From the NCBI GenBank assembly GCA_043228905.1, contig JBHGNT010000006.1:19778001-19842000 (forward strand): a stretch of DNA of 64,000 bases, in the 5' to 3' direction. Below the pieces are notes generated by a model, which was not told the DNA's origin, ran no database searches, and was given only the letters and a program-made list of their open reading frames with translations. This DNA is from Azolla caroliniana. Its lineage: Eukaryota; Plantae; Polypodiophyta. Shown here one piece after another: positions 49,898 to 64,000 of the stretch; position 1 is the first letter of the stretch; every line of letters begins with the position of its first letter. A program made the translations under genes and the position numbers.

Positions 49898-51153
49898 GTT
49901 GTATTCAAGAATATTCCAAAGGCAATGTGGAGGAAAAGAAGCATTCATAAGCTGGGTCTGTAGTCTTTGCAGTGCATGTTCCTCTTTAATTTTGTTGCCT
50001 TGAATCTTTGGCTTTATGAATGTAGGAATTTGTAAACTCTCCATGTTCATACAGTAAATCCACATCATAAGAAAAAAGATTAGCTTATGCCATTCATTGA
50101 GGTACTTGAATCTGATGAGGGTCTTCTTTCAATTTGCAGTCATGTAAAGCAAACTCGCCCCTTTCCTCTCTGATCATCGAAAGTTTTCACACCTAATATT
50201 GTTCTGAACTATCCAATGGACATTGGAAAGTATTTTCTCAGTCCTCATCTTAAAAATTAATGCACGATGGATTGGCTGTTGAGAACCAGAGCCCAACCCA
50301 TTTATTATACCTCAGCACAATAACTTGTACACCTAGTTATCACTGTATCAGGTGGGGTAAATCCGGTAGGCCATGTTGAAGTAGATGAATCAATATATCC
50401 ATGACTAACTACAAATCACCTGACTATCATACACGATCTGGATATTTTTTAGATTTCACATGCTTAAATAATAAAGACAATAATGTAACCCACCATCTTT
50501 GAGGAAATACAAATGGCTTATCATTCCAAACTATGAGGAACTTGTACAATCTCAAATCTGTGATGATCTGGTGCAACACACTTGAAACCAATTCATGGAC
50601 GGTCATTACATACAATGAATTAGGCAAGGGGCATCTTAGGACTGGCTTTCAGAGGGACACCATTTCTACAGTAATTAAAAACCAATTTGGAACCTCCACT
50701 TCCAGATCACTTGGCATATAACCTCAATTATATCCAAATCATACATTTGCCTAAACAATGTTAATGTTATGCTTCTTTGTTGCTACGGCAAGTCCATATA
50801 AACCAAAGATATTCATTCATCATCGTCGTTATCAACAGCGTCATAGAAATGTTAAAACCAAACACATTGAACTCGAACTTGAACTAACTTGACTAATACT
50901 AAAAACAAAATGGCAACATATAACTTCTCGTACTAAAAACTAACACCCAGATCAAAATCAAGAAATGTTATCGATATAACCTCTTACTAGCAATTCCTTC
51001 AAAAAATGAAAAGATGACATTTCAACACTAACAGTTACATAAAGTACGACAATTTTGACTCAACCTTATATCTTCAAAAATGTGAAGAGATCATATAATT
51101 GAGAGTTGCTATTTGCTATAGACTATGAAAGATGGTGTCAATAAAATCCTCCC

Positions 51154-52765
51154 TCATTGTGGTGCAGCACCAAAGCGTCGAAGAATCAATGCACTTGTCT
51201 CCATGAACTGTTGAGCACAGTAGGTAAGACATGAGGACTCACTTGAGCTGATCTTGCTACCTGGGGTCCCAATACACTTATCCCAGCACACACTTGTCAA
51301 TTTGCCAACAAGTTCATTCAGCATCGCCCTTGCTTTCTCTTGCTAACAACAATTAAAAACGAAAGTGTTGATTAGAGATAGATCTAAGGACATTCATACA
51401 TTTACACTCAAAACGAAGTAGCCCGTCACATAATAGTCTCACTCTCTTTGGATTTACCCTAATGGAAAGCAAAGTTCTAAATATCCTCCCTCTTCATGGC
51501 CTCAGTCCTGTCCCTTCCATCATATTTCTTTTGGTATTCCATCATCGTGAAATAATCTGTCTATCCTATCTACAATACACCACTATGGTTCATCATAGGA
51601 ATGTGTGCATGGAGATGTTAGGATGACAGCATCAGTAACTTGTCAACATCACATCTAAATCTACCATTGAAACATGGCGTCAGCTCCATCCCTCCAATCT
51701 TATTTCTCTCGATTTCCAATGGACATGAAATAATATGTTTAACTACAACACACCATTATCGCTCATCATGGAGATGCATTCATGACAATGTTAGGATGAT
51801 AACATCTGTACGTTTTGACCACATCACAACTAAACCTACCATCAAAACGACTCCTTTAAAACATTTAAAATGACTTCTATTATCAATGACAAGAATTTTA
51901 AAATCTTAAAACATTCCAAAATCATTTCGTTGACACATTTTAACCTCACATGGTACAGAAGCAATTGATGCTAATGTTCTTCCAGCCTTCAAAAATACCA
52001 CCTTCAAATTCTAAAACCACTACATAACTATAACATCATATAGAGACATGTGATGCTAAGGAATCCTCGAATCATCAAAATAACATTTCCTGAAAACATC
52101 TCAAATCTTTTCTGCAACCAAATGTAAAAATGTAAAGCTTGAACACATCGAACAAGCAAAGTTCAAACTTTTGTAATCATCGTATGTCATGATGCATCCC
52201 ACATAGACCCATAAATCTTAAAGCTTTCAAATCACCTTGAATATCAAATGTAACATTCGGCAGAAAATCTGTAGATTTGTCTATAAACTCGCCATTGGTG
52301 GATGCAACAAATGTAAAACTTAAACACATGGAGCATGTAACCCATAAACCATTACAATCATCTCCGATAACAATGCATTCCCACATACAAAACCTTGGAC
52401 CTTAAAGCTCTCGAATCACCTCTAATCTCAATGTAACAAGAAAATAATCTGTAGATTTTCAGGTAAATTCTGTACTATGAATTCTAAACCTATAGCAATC
52501 ACTTCTAATGTCGGATGTAACTATGGCCTCTCACAAAACGAACCTATACATTCTCGCTATCCTGGACAAAAAGAGCATTGACTACCGTTGGGTTTACAGT
52601 TGAAGGTTGGGAGAATGCATTCAAGAGCACTTCTTTACCGCTCAAACGACCATACCTAAATTTCCTTATGCACATCGGTTTACAGTTCGAAAGAAGCACA
52701 TGGTGGAAAACCATACTAACCTCGAGAAGTCTCTGCAGCTCTTCAGTGTCGCGTTTGGAATCCAT
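51154..52765 (-). CDS. TIM8: Mitochondrial small Tim chaperone TIM8, 77 aa; exons 52765-52721 and 51342-51154
   Basis: MDSKRDTEELQRLLE|QEKARAMLNELVGKLTSVCWDKC..ESSCLTYCAQQFMETSALILRRF, with twin CX3C motifs and a GT-AG intron. Confidence 0.92.
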
Positions 52766-52940
52766 GGCGGCGAGACAGAGAGAAAGAGACAGAAACGGAG
52801 ATGCAGAGAATTTCCGAGAGTTAGGGTTTTCAGCAGACTTAAACCCACGAAATTCCTGAAATACTCCCGCTCCCGCACGTATTTCCAAAATTCCCGAAAT
52901 GCCCCTCCCTCGTATTTCCATAAATTCCTGGAATACCCCT

Positions 52941-53204
52941 AAACGGTTCGGTTTTGGTTTGGGTTTGGTTTCAACTTTTCCCTAAACGGTTTGGGTTTAA
53001 ATGGTTTGGTTTACTGTTTCTTAAATGGTTTGGTTTACTGTTTCTTAAATGGTTTGGTTTATTGTTTCTTAAATGGTTTGGTTTAAATATGTACTTGAGA
53101 GTTCATAAACGGTTCGGTTCAGCTTTTGTTTTATATAAACGGTTCAGGTTCGGTTCGGTTCAATTTCTTTGCCTTCAAACTGAACCGAACCGTGCCCATT
53201 GCTA
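52941..53204. mobile_element. One-ended hAT-type MITE (family of 49355-49897) with a 24-bp tandem repeat
   Basis: Right TIR AACCGTGCCCATTGCTA. About 3.5 copies of AAATGGTTTGGTTTACTGTTTCTT. Left TIR absent. Confidence 0.78.
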
Positions 53205-55841
53205 ACAATAACCACATAGTGCTCCAAAATCCCCAATACTGCCTAACTATGAGGACTATACGAAAAAACAGATAGTGATGATACGAATATCTACAAACAG
53301 ACACACTCTATATTTAGTAGGTATGGTTACATTGCTGATAACTATATTGGAGAAACCATCGAAGGGGGCACATGTGTTGCCATTCAACATGATCATCGAC
53401 AAGAACAAAGAAAAGCCAAGAATGACCCCCGATTTCTCTTTCTAAATTCTATTTCTATGTTGTTTCTCTTTTTTCCAAGAAACATGGGAACACTTACATT
53501 GGTTGTGTGTGAATTTCCTACTTATGCAACAAAGTAACATGTATGCTATGTAAGAAAAGTTGTGCGTTGCATTGTAAAGATACAAATATGAGCAATTCAC
53601 ACATGACAAACCTTTCTCTCTTCTACCTCATCAATTTCTCTCTCTCCGTGCACGAATTTCTCTAACAGTCATAGTGTGCACTCTCAATTACGACATTCAT
53701 TAGTCAATTTCTTGAATAACGAGAGTTGCTACTCACTTTCACATGTATTACTTGAAAATTGTTATATTTTTGGACTCAATCATATTTGGCCTCCAAAGAC
53801 GATTATAAAATCGGTCTATCTATGGAGGATAGAGTATTTGTATGGAGAGTTTTTAGATGTTTGGTTGGAGGTGATAACCACTTGATTCATGATGATTACA
53901 AAACATTGGGCTTCTTTGAGTTTATTAATATTTTCTTTTGGGGTGAATGGTCACTAATTGGACGTTTTAGCATAGATGATGAGATTAGGGCATTGAGCCA
54001 TCATTCCCCATTGCTAGTTTGGGTTCGTACTATTGTATGCATTCATGGTATGATTTGGATGGATTCCCCTCAAATTTTAATTACTTCCCATAACTTTGAA
54101 CCCTTTTATTACTTCTCGTTATATGATTCTTAAAATAAATATGTGAACAAGCAATTAAAATCGCAAACATGGAGGACCATTTGAAGTTAGGACATGAGAT
54201 GTTTGTAGGAATCACATTTGAAAGTTGTGTAAGCACCAATAACATAACAATGGGCAATGTGGATAAAACTTATAATCAAAGGATTCTTATTGGTGGATAA
54301 TTTTATATTGGACTATAATTATAGGTTGATGTGTGTTAAGTGATTATTAAGCAAGTAAATCTCTCGTTAAGATTTGATGGAAATACTCACATAATTTCAA
54401 GTTGTATGTCGCTTCAACATGTAACCAAATGTGATGATAACGAAAAACAATGACAATGTAGAGGATATCAGTTTGTATAAGAAGGTTGGAGAAGGATGAG
54501 GCAAATCAATCAAAATCTTCACTCACATAGACGGAATAAGAAGTTTTGTTGTTTGGAAAGCGATTTGATAAATGCTACTTTAGGTTGGAAGAAGAATTCC
54601 ATATCAATCTTTGCAAGACCACATGTTATTAATTGGGGGTGGGGGGGAGATACTGGAAATATATCCAATGGAAATATTGAGGAAAAGGAGGACCACTGAT
54701 TGCGAGATCAAAAAGTTGACGTGACAAATTTTCTTGCATCTAGTAAAAGGTTGATGCATACTAGAAGAGAGAAAAGTGTTGGAAAATATCTAAGCTTGAC
54801 TTGTTAACTATGTGTGACCATCTATGTATATGTATTGGAATCCATCAATATCTGTGTCTCTATTTGTAGGTATATGTGTGTTGTGTGTTGTAGTTTGCAA
54901 ACTTACGTTATTATACCTAACAAACTTGAATATACTATTCCTTCATTTAAGAATGAATACTACAATGACCAATTTGCATTAAGCTTCTCCATTAGCATGT
55001 TATGTTCCGCTTAGTACTCTCTACTCGTGAAGAAGTACAATGACCTCTAATAATGTGTTCCTTTTTCCCACAATTATTTTCAAGCAAGAAGGGGAACAAT
55101 CGAAGACAAAAAGGGTTGCAACCTAGATGTAACAACCCACACATTTTCTTATATCCTTGAAACTCAAGGTTTATTGCACGCATTATTTAATTGTATACCC
55201 TCATTTGGAATTATGGAGTATTAGTTCTAGTCCATATAACAATCAACGTTTCACCAATCAAGTTATGCATTTAGGGCAATGATTGTGTGAGAAAGAACAT
55301 GGTTCATGCTAGATTTTGAAGAACTAAGAAACCAACATCCAAAATATATTTCTCTTAACATTTTAATGACATAAAAACCTCTTTGGTTGCAATCTTTGTG
55401 GCTTTTGTTTGGCTTACGCGTTGACACACTTCTTGAGTTCTTCCTCATTTTAATAATTGCATTTTGGACTCTCTATAACTGTCAAATTTATCATTACAAA
55501 AAACGATCTACCGAAACTTCTTTATATAAGTTGACAAGGGCACAAGTAAATAATCATTTAGAGAGAGAGAGAGAGAGAGAGATGCATTGCAGAACATATA
55601 TATTTTTACTACCATGCAAACAAAACTTTACCACACAACCAACACTGACAATTTTAATCGAATACTATCTCATTGCACGTGGACTGCGTTCATTCATGAC
55701 GGTTCATTAACTTTAGATATTTCGACCATCTTGAAATACCTTTCCATTACCCCTTCTAATATCTTATTTCATTATATGCTAGAAATCTTGCTTTCAAAAG
55801 AAAACTTGAACTTGTACATTATCAATCAACTCAAATTTATG

Positions 55842-56023
55842 TATGTGGAAACTCCACATGTAAAGTTTGTGTAACATTTACAAAGATATGTGACCGCTAC
55901 AAGGTTCAAATTTTTTCATTGACGGGACTATCAAACAGGAGGGTAGATAAAAAATTTGAACCTTGTAGCGGTCACATATCTTTGTAAATGTTACACAAAC
56001 TTTACATGTGGAGTTTCCACATA
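55842..56023. repeat. Perfect 75-bp inverted repeat with a 32-bp spacer
   Basis: Arm 55842-55916 is the exact reverse complement of 55949-56023. Confidence 0.95.
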
Positions 56024-58230
56024 ATGTTAATATGTCTCTTGTATGAGTTGGTGTTGCTTTGCCTATCGTTTGTGCACTCCCTTGTGCCATTCTTTTCACA
56101 CACTTGTCCATGGATTCTTGTGATATCGCCATTGAGTGGAAATGAAATGAACGTTGATATTGCGATGGATCCTTCATCACAGATATATAGTGATAGAGGA
56201 TTTCGTGGATAAGCAAGAAAATAAGCAAAGAGAAAGAAATCATACATTTGTATAGATATTGAGGTCATGTGATTGTCGTCAATGTTTCGAACGAATAGAC
56301 TGATCGATCTCAGCTTGACTAATGTAAGGAAAGTCTTTTGAAAAAACTAGGCAATGTGAAAAAGGTCAACCAAAACAAGCAACATTGGATCAAATGGTCC
56401 ATGTCATGCAAGAAGCTCATTATTGGGTTTGTGGAAGGCTGAGTTTTTGGAAAAATATTGGGGTGTGGGAATGAATGTTTTACCATAGTTTGATGTGGGT
56501 ATGATTTTTTGGGGAAGAAGTATGGTATTGTTTTGAAGAAAAGGGTGAATTTGTCTAGACCAAATTAGATGGTAGAATACTGATCTACATGTATGGCCAT
56601 AACTCTTTCTAGAGCCTTCAATGTTCAAGGCGTAAACTTGGATTTGCAGGTTTAACCCATACCCTTCATGCTTGAATTCTTACGTTATAAGTTTCAAATG
56701 ACGGTGTTATTATTCCCAAGTCATATCACAATCATTGTTTGGTTGATTGAGGTGTGGGTCATTGATTATGATTTTGTTCGCTCAATGGATAGAGAACGAG
56801 AGAGTAACTACAAATACTTGGGCCCCCATCTCAAAATTTTAAAGATGTGACCAAATGACAATTCTTGTTAGCATTTTCTTTTCAAGGCCAGTGTTATCAT
56901 GTTCACTCCTTGTATCATAGAAATGAAGTGTCAACGTCACTAATTGTTGTAAAGCACTTAAGTATGTATGATGTGAACATTGAATATTGAAGAGTTATAA
57001 CCAGGAATGCTCGAAACATTTACCACATTGTTAATGTTGCCAAGCACATGTTTTACCATGACGTATTCATGTTTAGATATTGACGCATTAATTTTCTTAC
57101 GAGGTAACATGACGAATATATAAGCAATAATTTGTGGGAACGTCAAACGTCTCTCATATGATAGATAAAGGCACACCCAACTTCACAATGAATTTTACCT
57201 TAAAGAGAGAAAAATACAACAAAAGGAGAACTTTGTCCAAATTTAAATTCTTTCTTACATTTTTTCTTGTAAGTTAAGGATTTTTCTATAATACTAGTCA
57301 TCCTTGACATGTTAGGAGGGAAATATCACTTTTATGTAGGCAATCAAACTAATACGAATGGCGGCCCCTGGAACCAAAAAACAAAGTGAAATTGGATTCG
57401 TTTGGAGTTTGTTCACTTTGTAATAAAAAACAATTACCATATGCCACATTGTGTTATAGAATACAACTAAAATTACCCGTCTTTCGGTAGTTAGCCTAGT
57501 AGTCAAAGGTGCAAAAGTTAGCACCGAGAAATATTGAGAATCAAGTTTGATATTCAAAGGCATCTCATGTTGATGGACGCCTTTTTGGCACCACCCAATA
57601 CCTCATAACACTATCATGGTGCTAAGTTGTAGATTTCAATGAGCAATGAGATGATAATCATGGAGTATCATGATCTTCATTGAGCGAAGCTCTAATAAGG
57701 CTATCTACTTTAAATGCAGAACTAAGATTGCAAATGAGATGATAATCCAGATATTAGAAACGCCAACATGGAGTGATGAAAGCTTAACTTTAATAGGGAT
57801 GTGCGCTAAAATTAAAGCATATCATTAGTTTTGTTAAAGCTTGATGGAGCTCGCGCCTTTTATCGTTTTCTCGAACACACACACACACACACACTTGTTT
57901 TATGTTCCAGTTACCAGTACATTTTAACGGGTTTAGCTATAGACTCTTTGAGTTTAAGTTTAAAGAAGGATGTGTGTCGCCGTCTCTTATAAAGAGGAAC
58001 TTGTAAGCCGAGTTCATCAAAATAGTCAATTATTTAAGTCCCTTAAAATTTGCAACCTGATTTTTCACGAGGTCCAAGCAATTTCCAGGTTCCAAGTGGC
58101 GCGATTGAATTGCTTCCTCATCAGTATTTTCGGCATTTTTCCTTGCATTAAAAGACGAATCAGAGGGTTGGTTGTTGGGTGGTCTTGTGGGACAACAATC
58201 TCGTGAGGTATTTTACGTTGTCTTTTCTTC

Positions 58231-58233
<3 letters not shown>

Positions 58234-58274
<41 letters not shown>

Positions 58275-58290
58275 TGTGTGTGTGTGTGTG
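58234..58290. repeat. (GA)n + (TG)n compound microsatellite
   Basis: Seen directly in the sequence. Confidence 0.9.
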
Positions 58291-58672
58291 TTTGCTTTTG
58301 CTTTGTTAATGTGGTGTGAAAAGGGAAAGAAGTCGCAATGTGAAAACGTGAAATTGAAAGAAAGAAATTATTTATCTAATAATGATTTTATTTCCCATTG
58401 TGTGAAACTGAGACGTTGACTAGAGACTCCAGTCAGCGCTCTGAAAAAAAAAGAATTAATCAATTTTTGAAAAATCTTTTTGCCCATTTTTTTTCACTTT
58501 TGTTTATCTAATACTGATAATTTATTATTATTTTATTTTGTTAGATGCACTTGGCAGTTTTTTCTTTTCCGTTGACTATTGAGAAGCACCCAAAAAACAA
58601 AGTATTAAAAAAACAAAAATGAAATAAAAGACAAAAAGCTGGCGCTTTTTTGCGCGCGGTGATTTCGGGAGA

Positions 58673-58710
58673 GCTGACGCGGCAGATGACCACGTGTCCC
58701 TGACGTGGCC
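58673..58710. promoter_or_regulatory. Cluster of bZIP-type cis-elements (TGACG, CACGTGTC, TGACGTGG)
   Basis: Three ACGT/TGACG cores within about 40 bp of a GC-rich island in AT-rich DNA. No target gene is identified. Confidence 0.45.
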
Positions 58711-61700
58711 AGTGATTTAATTAATTATTTAATTAATTAGATTTTATTTTATTTATATTTATTTTGAGGAGGGGCGATGGGGATTGCTTGGCCTGCACTC
58801 CACTTCAAAGCCAAAAAAATAAAAAGAAGCTTGACCTTCAAAAGAATCTTGAGATAAGGCTACTACTTATATAGAGAAGGCCCTACCCTACTCCAATTCC
58901 AATACATACTTATAAAAAACAATTTATACATACATACATACATACATATATGTATCTACCTATTTATTTATCCTTTTGTTTTTTGTTTTTGTCTTCACTA
59001 TTGGCCCATGGAGTGGGGGAGGAGGCGTGGTGGTGGGTGTCCTCAACACACCTATCCCCTCTGCCTTTTGCCCAATTTGCTATTATTTTTTATCCACATA
59101 TGTCCAAGGTGTACCAACTTTGTTGTGTGTTGCATGCACCACTGCCTATATATCCCAACGATCCCCACATGATTTCACCTCACCACTCTAGATGGGGCCA
59201 CCTACTCGATTCCTCACTCCACAGTTTTACATTGTTGTTCACGCCCTCCTCTCTGTATTAGAGCCCAACCAACTGTTGTCCTTTGTGCAAGGAGCTTCCC
59301 GCCTCACCGAACAAAAGAAGTCATAGTAATAAGACGACAAGTGCAATTGTGATGGGGTATTATCCCCATGGGCAATATATTACATTCTCAATACACATCT
59401 CGTGTTGCTTTCAGTTGCCATTGTCAACTCTCCATCCATCATTTAAAACCAAACTAATATGGTTGGAACATTGCACATGATCAATGTGATTTCCTACTTC
59501 CTTCTTCCAACGAATGTGGTCATGTGCTTGATCGATCATTGTCTCCTTGGTTGAGTTGGCAAAGTTTGATTCCGACTATCAATGGATTTACATTACGCAT
59601 CAAGTTCTTTAGACATGACCCAACCATCCAAGTTCCCAACCAAACCCAAATATATTTATTCATCCTCCATGGGAGCAATTTCAAAGACGAGATGGGAAAA
59701 ACCACTTCACATTTGGAGGACTTGAGGGTGGAAGAAAGTAACATTGTCAAACATAGTAGTAATCTTTCTTTACCTTTTTATGTTTTCTCTCCTCTCTCTA
59801 TAGAAACCAATAGTCCAAAACAAAAAGTGCTCGGAAGATTCAATGCTCATGTAACCTTGTTGAACACAAAACATTGGAGACTGAAGAAATTGTTGCTTCT
59901 TCCATCGTGTAATGTGAACGAAGCCTCCGCAATGTAGGACTTCTTATACAAGGAGCACATCATTCTCCTCTCTTTGCGTTGTAAAGTGACTTGAGGCTTT
60001 GGTTTCATAAAAAGGAAATCATAAAATGCCTTACAATAAATTTGGTTAAATATTTAAAATTGTAGCACTATGTCACGAGTTTTTTCGCCTTTTGATAATT
60101 GAGATCAACAGACGATAATACACGTATCTAAGAATGGCACATAAAGTGAAGCACAAATCGAGGGGGAGGGGGCGAGGGGGGAGAGAGAAAAGAACATCAA
60201 ACATTACATGACATTGCATGTGTCTGTCTATTGGTTAGAATTTTCTCTCTTTGCCAATTAATGTCTCATCCTTTGGTGGTTAGCTTAGAGCTTTAAATGG
60301 GGAGTAAACTTGCAATAGATTCGAATCTAGTGTTCATCTTTGAGCATGCCCGCATCCCACTTGCACAACTCTTTCAACAAAGAGTGTGTTCGTGTTTAAA
60401 GTTGTCTCTAGAATACTATGTGCCCACGTTACACCTTTAAGCTCGATTCCTTAGTTTCCACTTATATGTAAGGACATTTCATGCCTCTTAGAACCTTAAG
60501 AACCTCATTCAAAATCTCCATTCAAACAATTGTTTTATTTTATGACCCATCGCGTCTCCATTTTGAGGTCATTATCATAGCAATTTAATTATGGAGATGT
60601 CACTATTCCTAAAGCAATGTCTTCATTTTATTGCTTTAGATCTCTTATATCATGTAGTGAGATGAAGATCAAAAGTATTGAGCAATATTTTTATTTGTTC
60701 CATGAACATATGGATTGATATATCCATCAAAATGTATATATCAATAATCACATGCAATGGACCACATCATTCCATTCTCTCTCATAACCTACACCGACGA
60801 CATGATATAATATAAAAGGCTTGACGAGGAAGCTACATGAGCAATCTACATCCACTATATCTAGATAAATATATTAAATTCACTTTGATGTTCCTCGTCT
60901 TTGTAGGCCTACCGACTTCATGATGTCATATGCAACTTTCAATATATTATATTAATTCCTAGTTTGAACGGCACATTCAACATTTTGAGTCATCCATGTA
61001 GTTGTGGGTCAATGGTCTCCCCATAAACCCATAAGTTCCAAGGTAGTTTTAAGGCTACATTCATCGTTCGACACATGAATACAAAATGAAGGATGTCGCA
61101 TTGCATGCCACATTTTTTGCAATTGAACCAAAGTACATGTATTGAAATCCAAACGTCTTTTGATTGTGCTTATCATATACATATTCACCCCCTATTTACA
61201 ACGAGTATCATAATGGTTTATTTTTCTCTTTTCTATCTATTTTTTTTGCACCCAATATGTATGAACTCTTGGATTGTGTCTCACAATTTAAAATCATTTA
61301 AAGTTGACAAAAGGAGGTTAAGATCCTTGATGCATTTTCAGGCGGTTGAATGGGTACTAATAGGACATATGTATTCTATTTGATGTAACATGTTTGTTTC
61401 CATCAATTGTGTGGTGATGTACATACCATCTTTTTTGCTTTTCCTTCACACTCCATTTTTTATTGGTATAACCATTGGAACTCCAAACTTTGCTAGGATT
61501 TCTGCTACCAAGAATTAACTACAAAGAGAGAAATATCTTAGTCATATGATAAAGAAGAATCATGTGTATGAAATTTAATTCGTTGGGAGTTTAGCATAAA
61601 ACATATGTTAAGTTTTATAACACGTCGTGCATGGTTCCATCTCTATTTCTAGGCCAACTCTCTAGGTAGAGCTATTGTTAGTTAATATTCTACCCTCAAC

Positions 61701-63199
61701 TTTGTAACTCTAAACATAGTTAATCTATGTAGGTCCCATGCACATGGACATAGAGAAACAAAGTTGTTAGTTAACATTGCCCCTTCATCCTAGTAATGCT
61801 AAAGATAGCTACTCTAGGTAGGCCCAATGCACATGGGCAACATGGAGCGAGTGTGTTTGTCACACTTTCCCACTCACAATGCTTGGCAACAAAATTTAAT
61901 CTCGAAATGCTAACCTTGCGAATTGTGAAAATGACGAGAATTAAAGAATCTCCAATCTAATCCGGCATCTTAACGTGTGTGAAACCGTATGGTTTTCGAG
62001 TAGCCAACAAAATGCTTTTGAAGCATGTGAACATTGAACACATTGTTTGGGGAAAAGATGCCCTCATTCACCGAATTGCTGGGTTTTATATTTGAGCTTA
62101 TTGACTAGGATTATATATAAAGGGAATAACTACTATTTAGAAAGGGTTCTCTTAATTTTATGACTTTGTTGCTACGGCACAGGGCGATTCATAGCCTATG
62201 TAGCCATATGTTGTTCGAGTTTGCACCATCCATGCAAAAAACACTAGAAAATCGATCATAATAAAGGAATCACATGATGATTACTAGGGTAGTTCAACCT
62301 ATCTAATCCAGATGGTGGGCGAGTTGAATGCATAGGAAAACACAAAAAGAAAGAGAGATGTATTTGATGAGCTCTCTAGGTAGTGGCAACACCGAATCCA
62401 AATCTAGGGACGACGCTACCGTAATCTTAATAACTCTTCTAGTATATATGACCATTGACAACCATGTGGTAGTGATAGGAGCTCAAATCATAAACTTAGA
62501 GAAGGGTGACAAGAAAAAAGGAAGCATCGTGGCATTTCGTCGCGACAAGTGGGAGATATATGGTTTGCCACTACTACGTGCAGCTGCATTGCAGTAGCAT
62601 TTATTTATTTCTTCGCAAACAAGTGGGACGCATATGGGTTGCCGGGATGTTAAAATATTTGTGAAGCACCAAGAATGTGAGAATGGGGGGGGGGGGGGGG
62701 TGCTCTCTCGATCATTCGTGATCGAGCCAATGAGAGAGAGAGAGAGAGTGTCTGTGTGTGACACAAGCAATCCAATCACTAGTGACTCCCCCCACGATGT
62801 AAGCAAGATTGTATGTGGACGCACAAAGCACAGCCAGTGTTGCCTTTTGACGGCCGTTTTGAACGTTTTTGGCAAATTTAACCGTATATGAAAGTTAATT
62901 TTAAAATGAAACCGTCAATCTTGACGGGCATATGTTTTATGAAAACGTAAAAATGAAGGCTTAAAATTTCATAATACCGTCAAATTTTACTAAGACCAAT
63001 ACTATAGTAGTATAGTCCTAGGTAGTAGGAACAAATTGTTCAAGTTGCATTGGGAGTGTAGGAATTTGAAAGGCTCACATATGTCACTAATAACTATGTG
63101 TGTAACAAAAAGGTAAAAAAACTAATAGAGTCTAAATTATGAATCTTTACTTCCCTTTTCCCCCCTTTTCCCCCCTTTTCCCCCATTTTCCCCCATTTT

Positions 63200-63313
63200 C
63201 CCTGTTTGTTCGTTGCTCCCTCAGCCCTGCACCTTGCTGGAAGCTTGTTGCTCGTTGCCAGCTACTCATAGATTCAACATCTCCTGCAGCAGTCCTCCTC
63301 AACCATCTAAGGT

Positions 63314-63360
<47 letters not shown>

Positions 63361-64000
63361 ATCCATTTTTGCTGCTAGTCTTTCCAGAATGACTGATATC
63401 ATCTGAATAGTTGTGATTATTCATTCCTGTCTTATATGGTTGTGATATGTGCATCACTCGTAGACTTGAACACTGCCAAACAAAAATTCCAAGAAGCGAT
63501 TCAAGTCACCATTATATGTAGATGGATCCGGAGGCTTTTATATTTCAATTTATGACTTTGACAACCAGCCTTCTCAGTGGATGGATACTATCTTTCTGCT
63601 TGTCTGAAATCAAAGTTAAGAAACTGATCTCTCGTCTTGCAGTTAGAAGACAGAATGTGCACGTTGGTCTACAGTTTTCTAATTGCACCCAATCTTCATT
63701 TTTTTGGACATACTTGGCCAATTTCTTGTATCTTCCTTTCAATTCTGTTTTCACTTTGTTCAGGTGCTTGTGCTACCTCTACTTCCTTTTGCTCTTCTAC
63801 AAAAATGGCTGGAGATTTTGCATTACTCAAATAGTTTTGTGATTGTCATTACTCAAATAGTCACTTAAAAACTAACTGAAACAAGAGGGGGGAACATAAC
63901 ATTTGCACTGAAAAAGAAACAACAAAATGTACTGACCTCTTCCACAACGGAAGCAAAGTCTTAGATAACAAAAACACAATCTCCATGATTAAATAAACAT
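63200..64000 (+). other. Possible 5' UTR exon and first intron of a gene continuing beyond the window
   Basis: Pyrimidine-rich TTTTCCCCC repeats at 63150-63200, a donor-like AAG|GTAGC at about 63311 followed by (CT)n, and an acceptor-like TTGTTCAG at about 63763. No recognisable protein. Confidence 0.3.

Noticed and set aside
52544-52942. Several overlapping 70-125-aa ORFs
   Set aside because: They overlap the TIM8 promoter, exon 1 and intron. Only the 45-nt exon fits a conserved protein.
53300-63100. Short ORFs as protein-coding genes
   Set aside because: No recognisable domains or consistent exon structure; composition fits decayed intergenic DNA.

Overview
Eukaryotic, land-plant-type DNA: spliceosomal introns, plant RPB5/RabD/TIM8 genes, and plant tRNA primer sites. 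The retroelement types suggest a non-seed plant, which is an inference. Bases 1-39.4 kb are a nest of Ty3/Gypsy and Ty1/Copia LTR elements, solo LTRs, a hAT-type MITE, a SINE and a tRNase Z retrocopy. Bases 39.5-53 kb carry three intact housekeeping genes (RPB5 +, RabD/Rab1 +, TIM8 -) with MITEs between them. Bases 53-64 kb are mostly AT-rich intergenic DNA, with a perfect 75-bp inverted repeat and possibly the 5' UTR of a gene that continues past the window. The most unusual object is a decayed minus-strand gene at about 7106-11450 with four GT-AG introns. After removing a TSD-bounded insertion and splicing, it encodes a ParB/Srx-like domain fused to a prokaryote-type beta-class amino (N6-adenine/N4-cytosine) DNA methyltransferase. 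Other notable items are solo LTRs with embedded tRNA-like A/B boxes and 4-bp TSDs, a Tf1-style self-priming chromovirus, a tRNA-Trp-primed Gypsy element, and a RabD paralog with N121S in the NKxD motif. All calls were made by eye; no searches were run.
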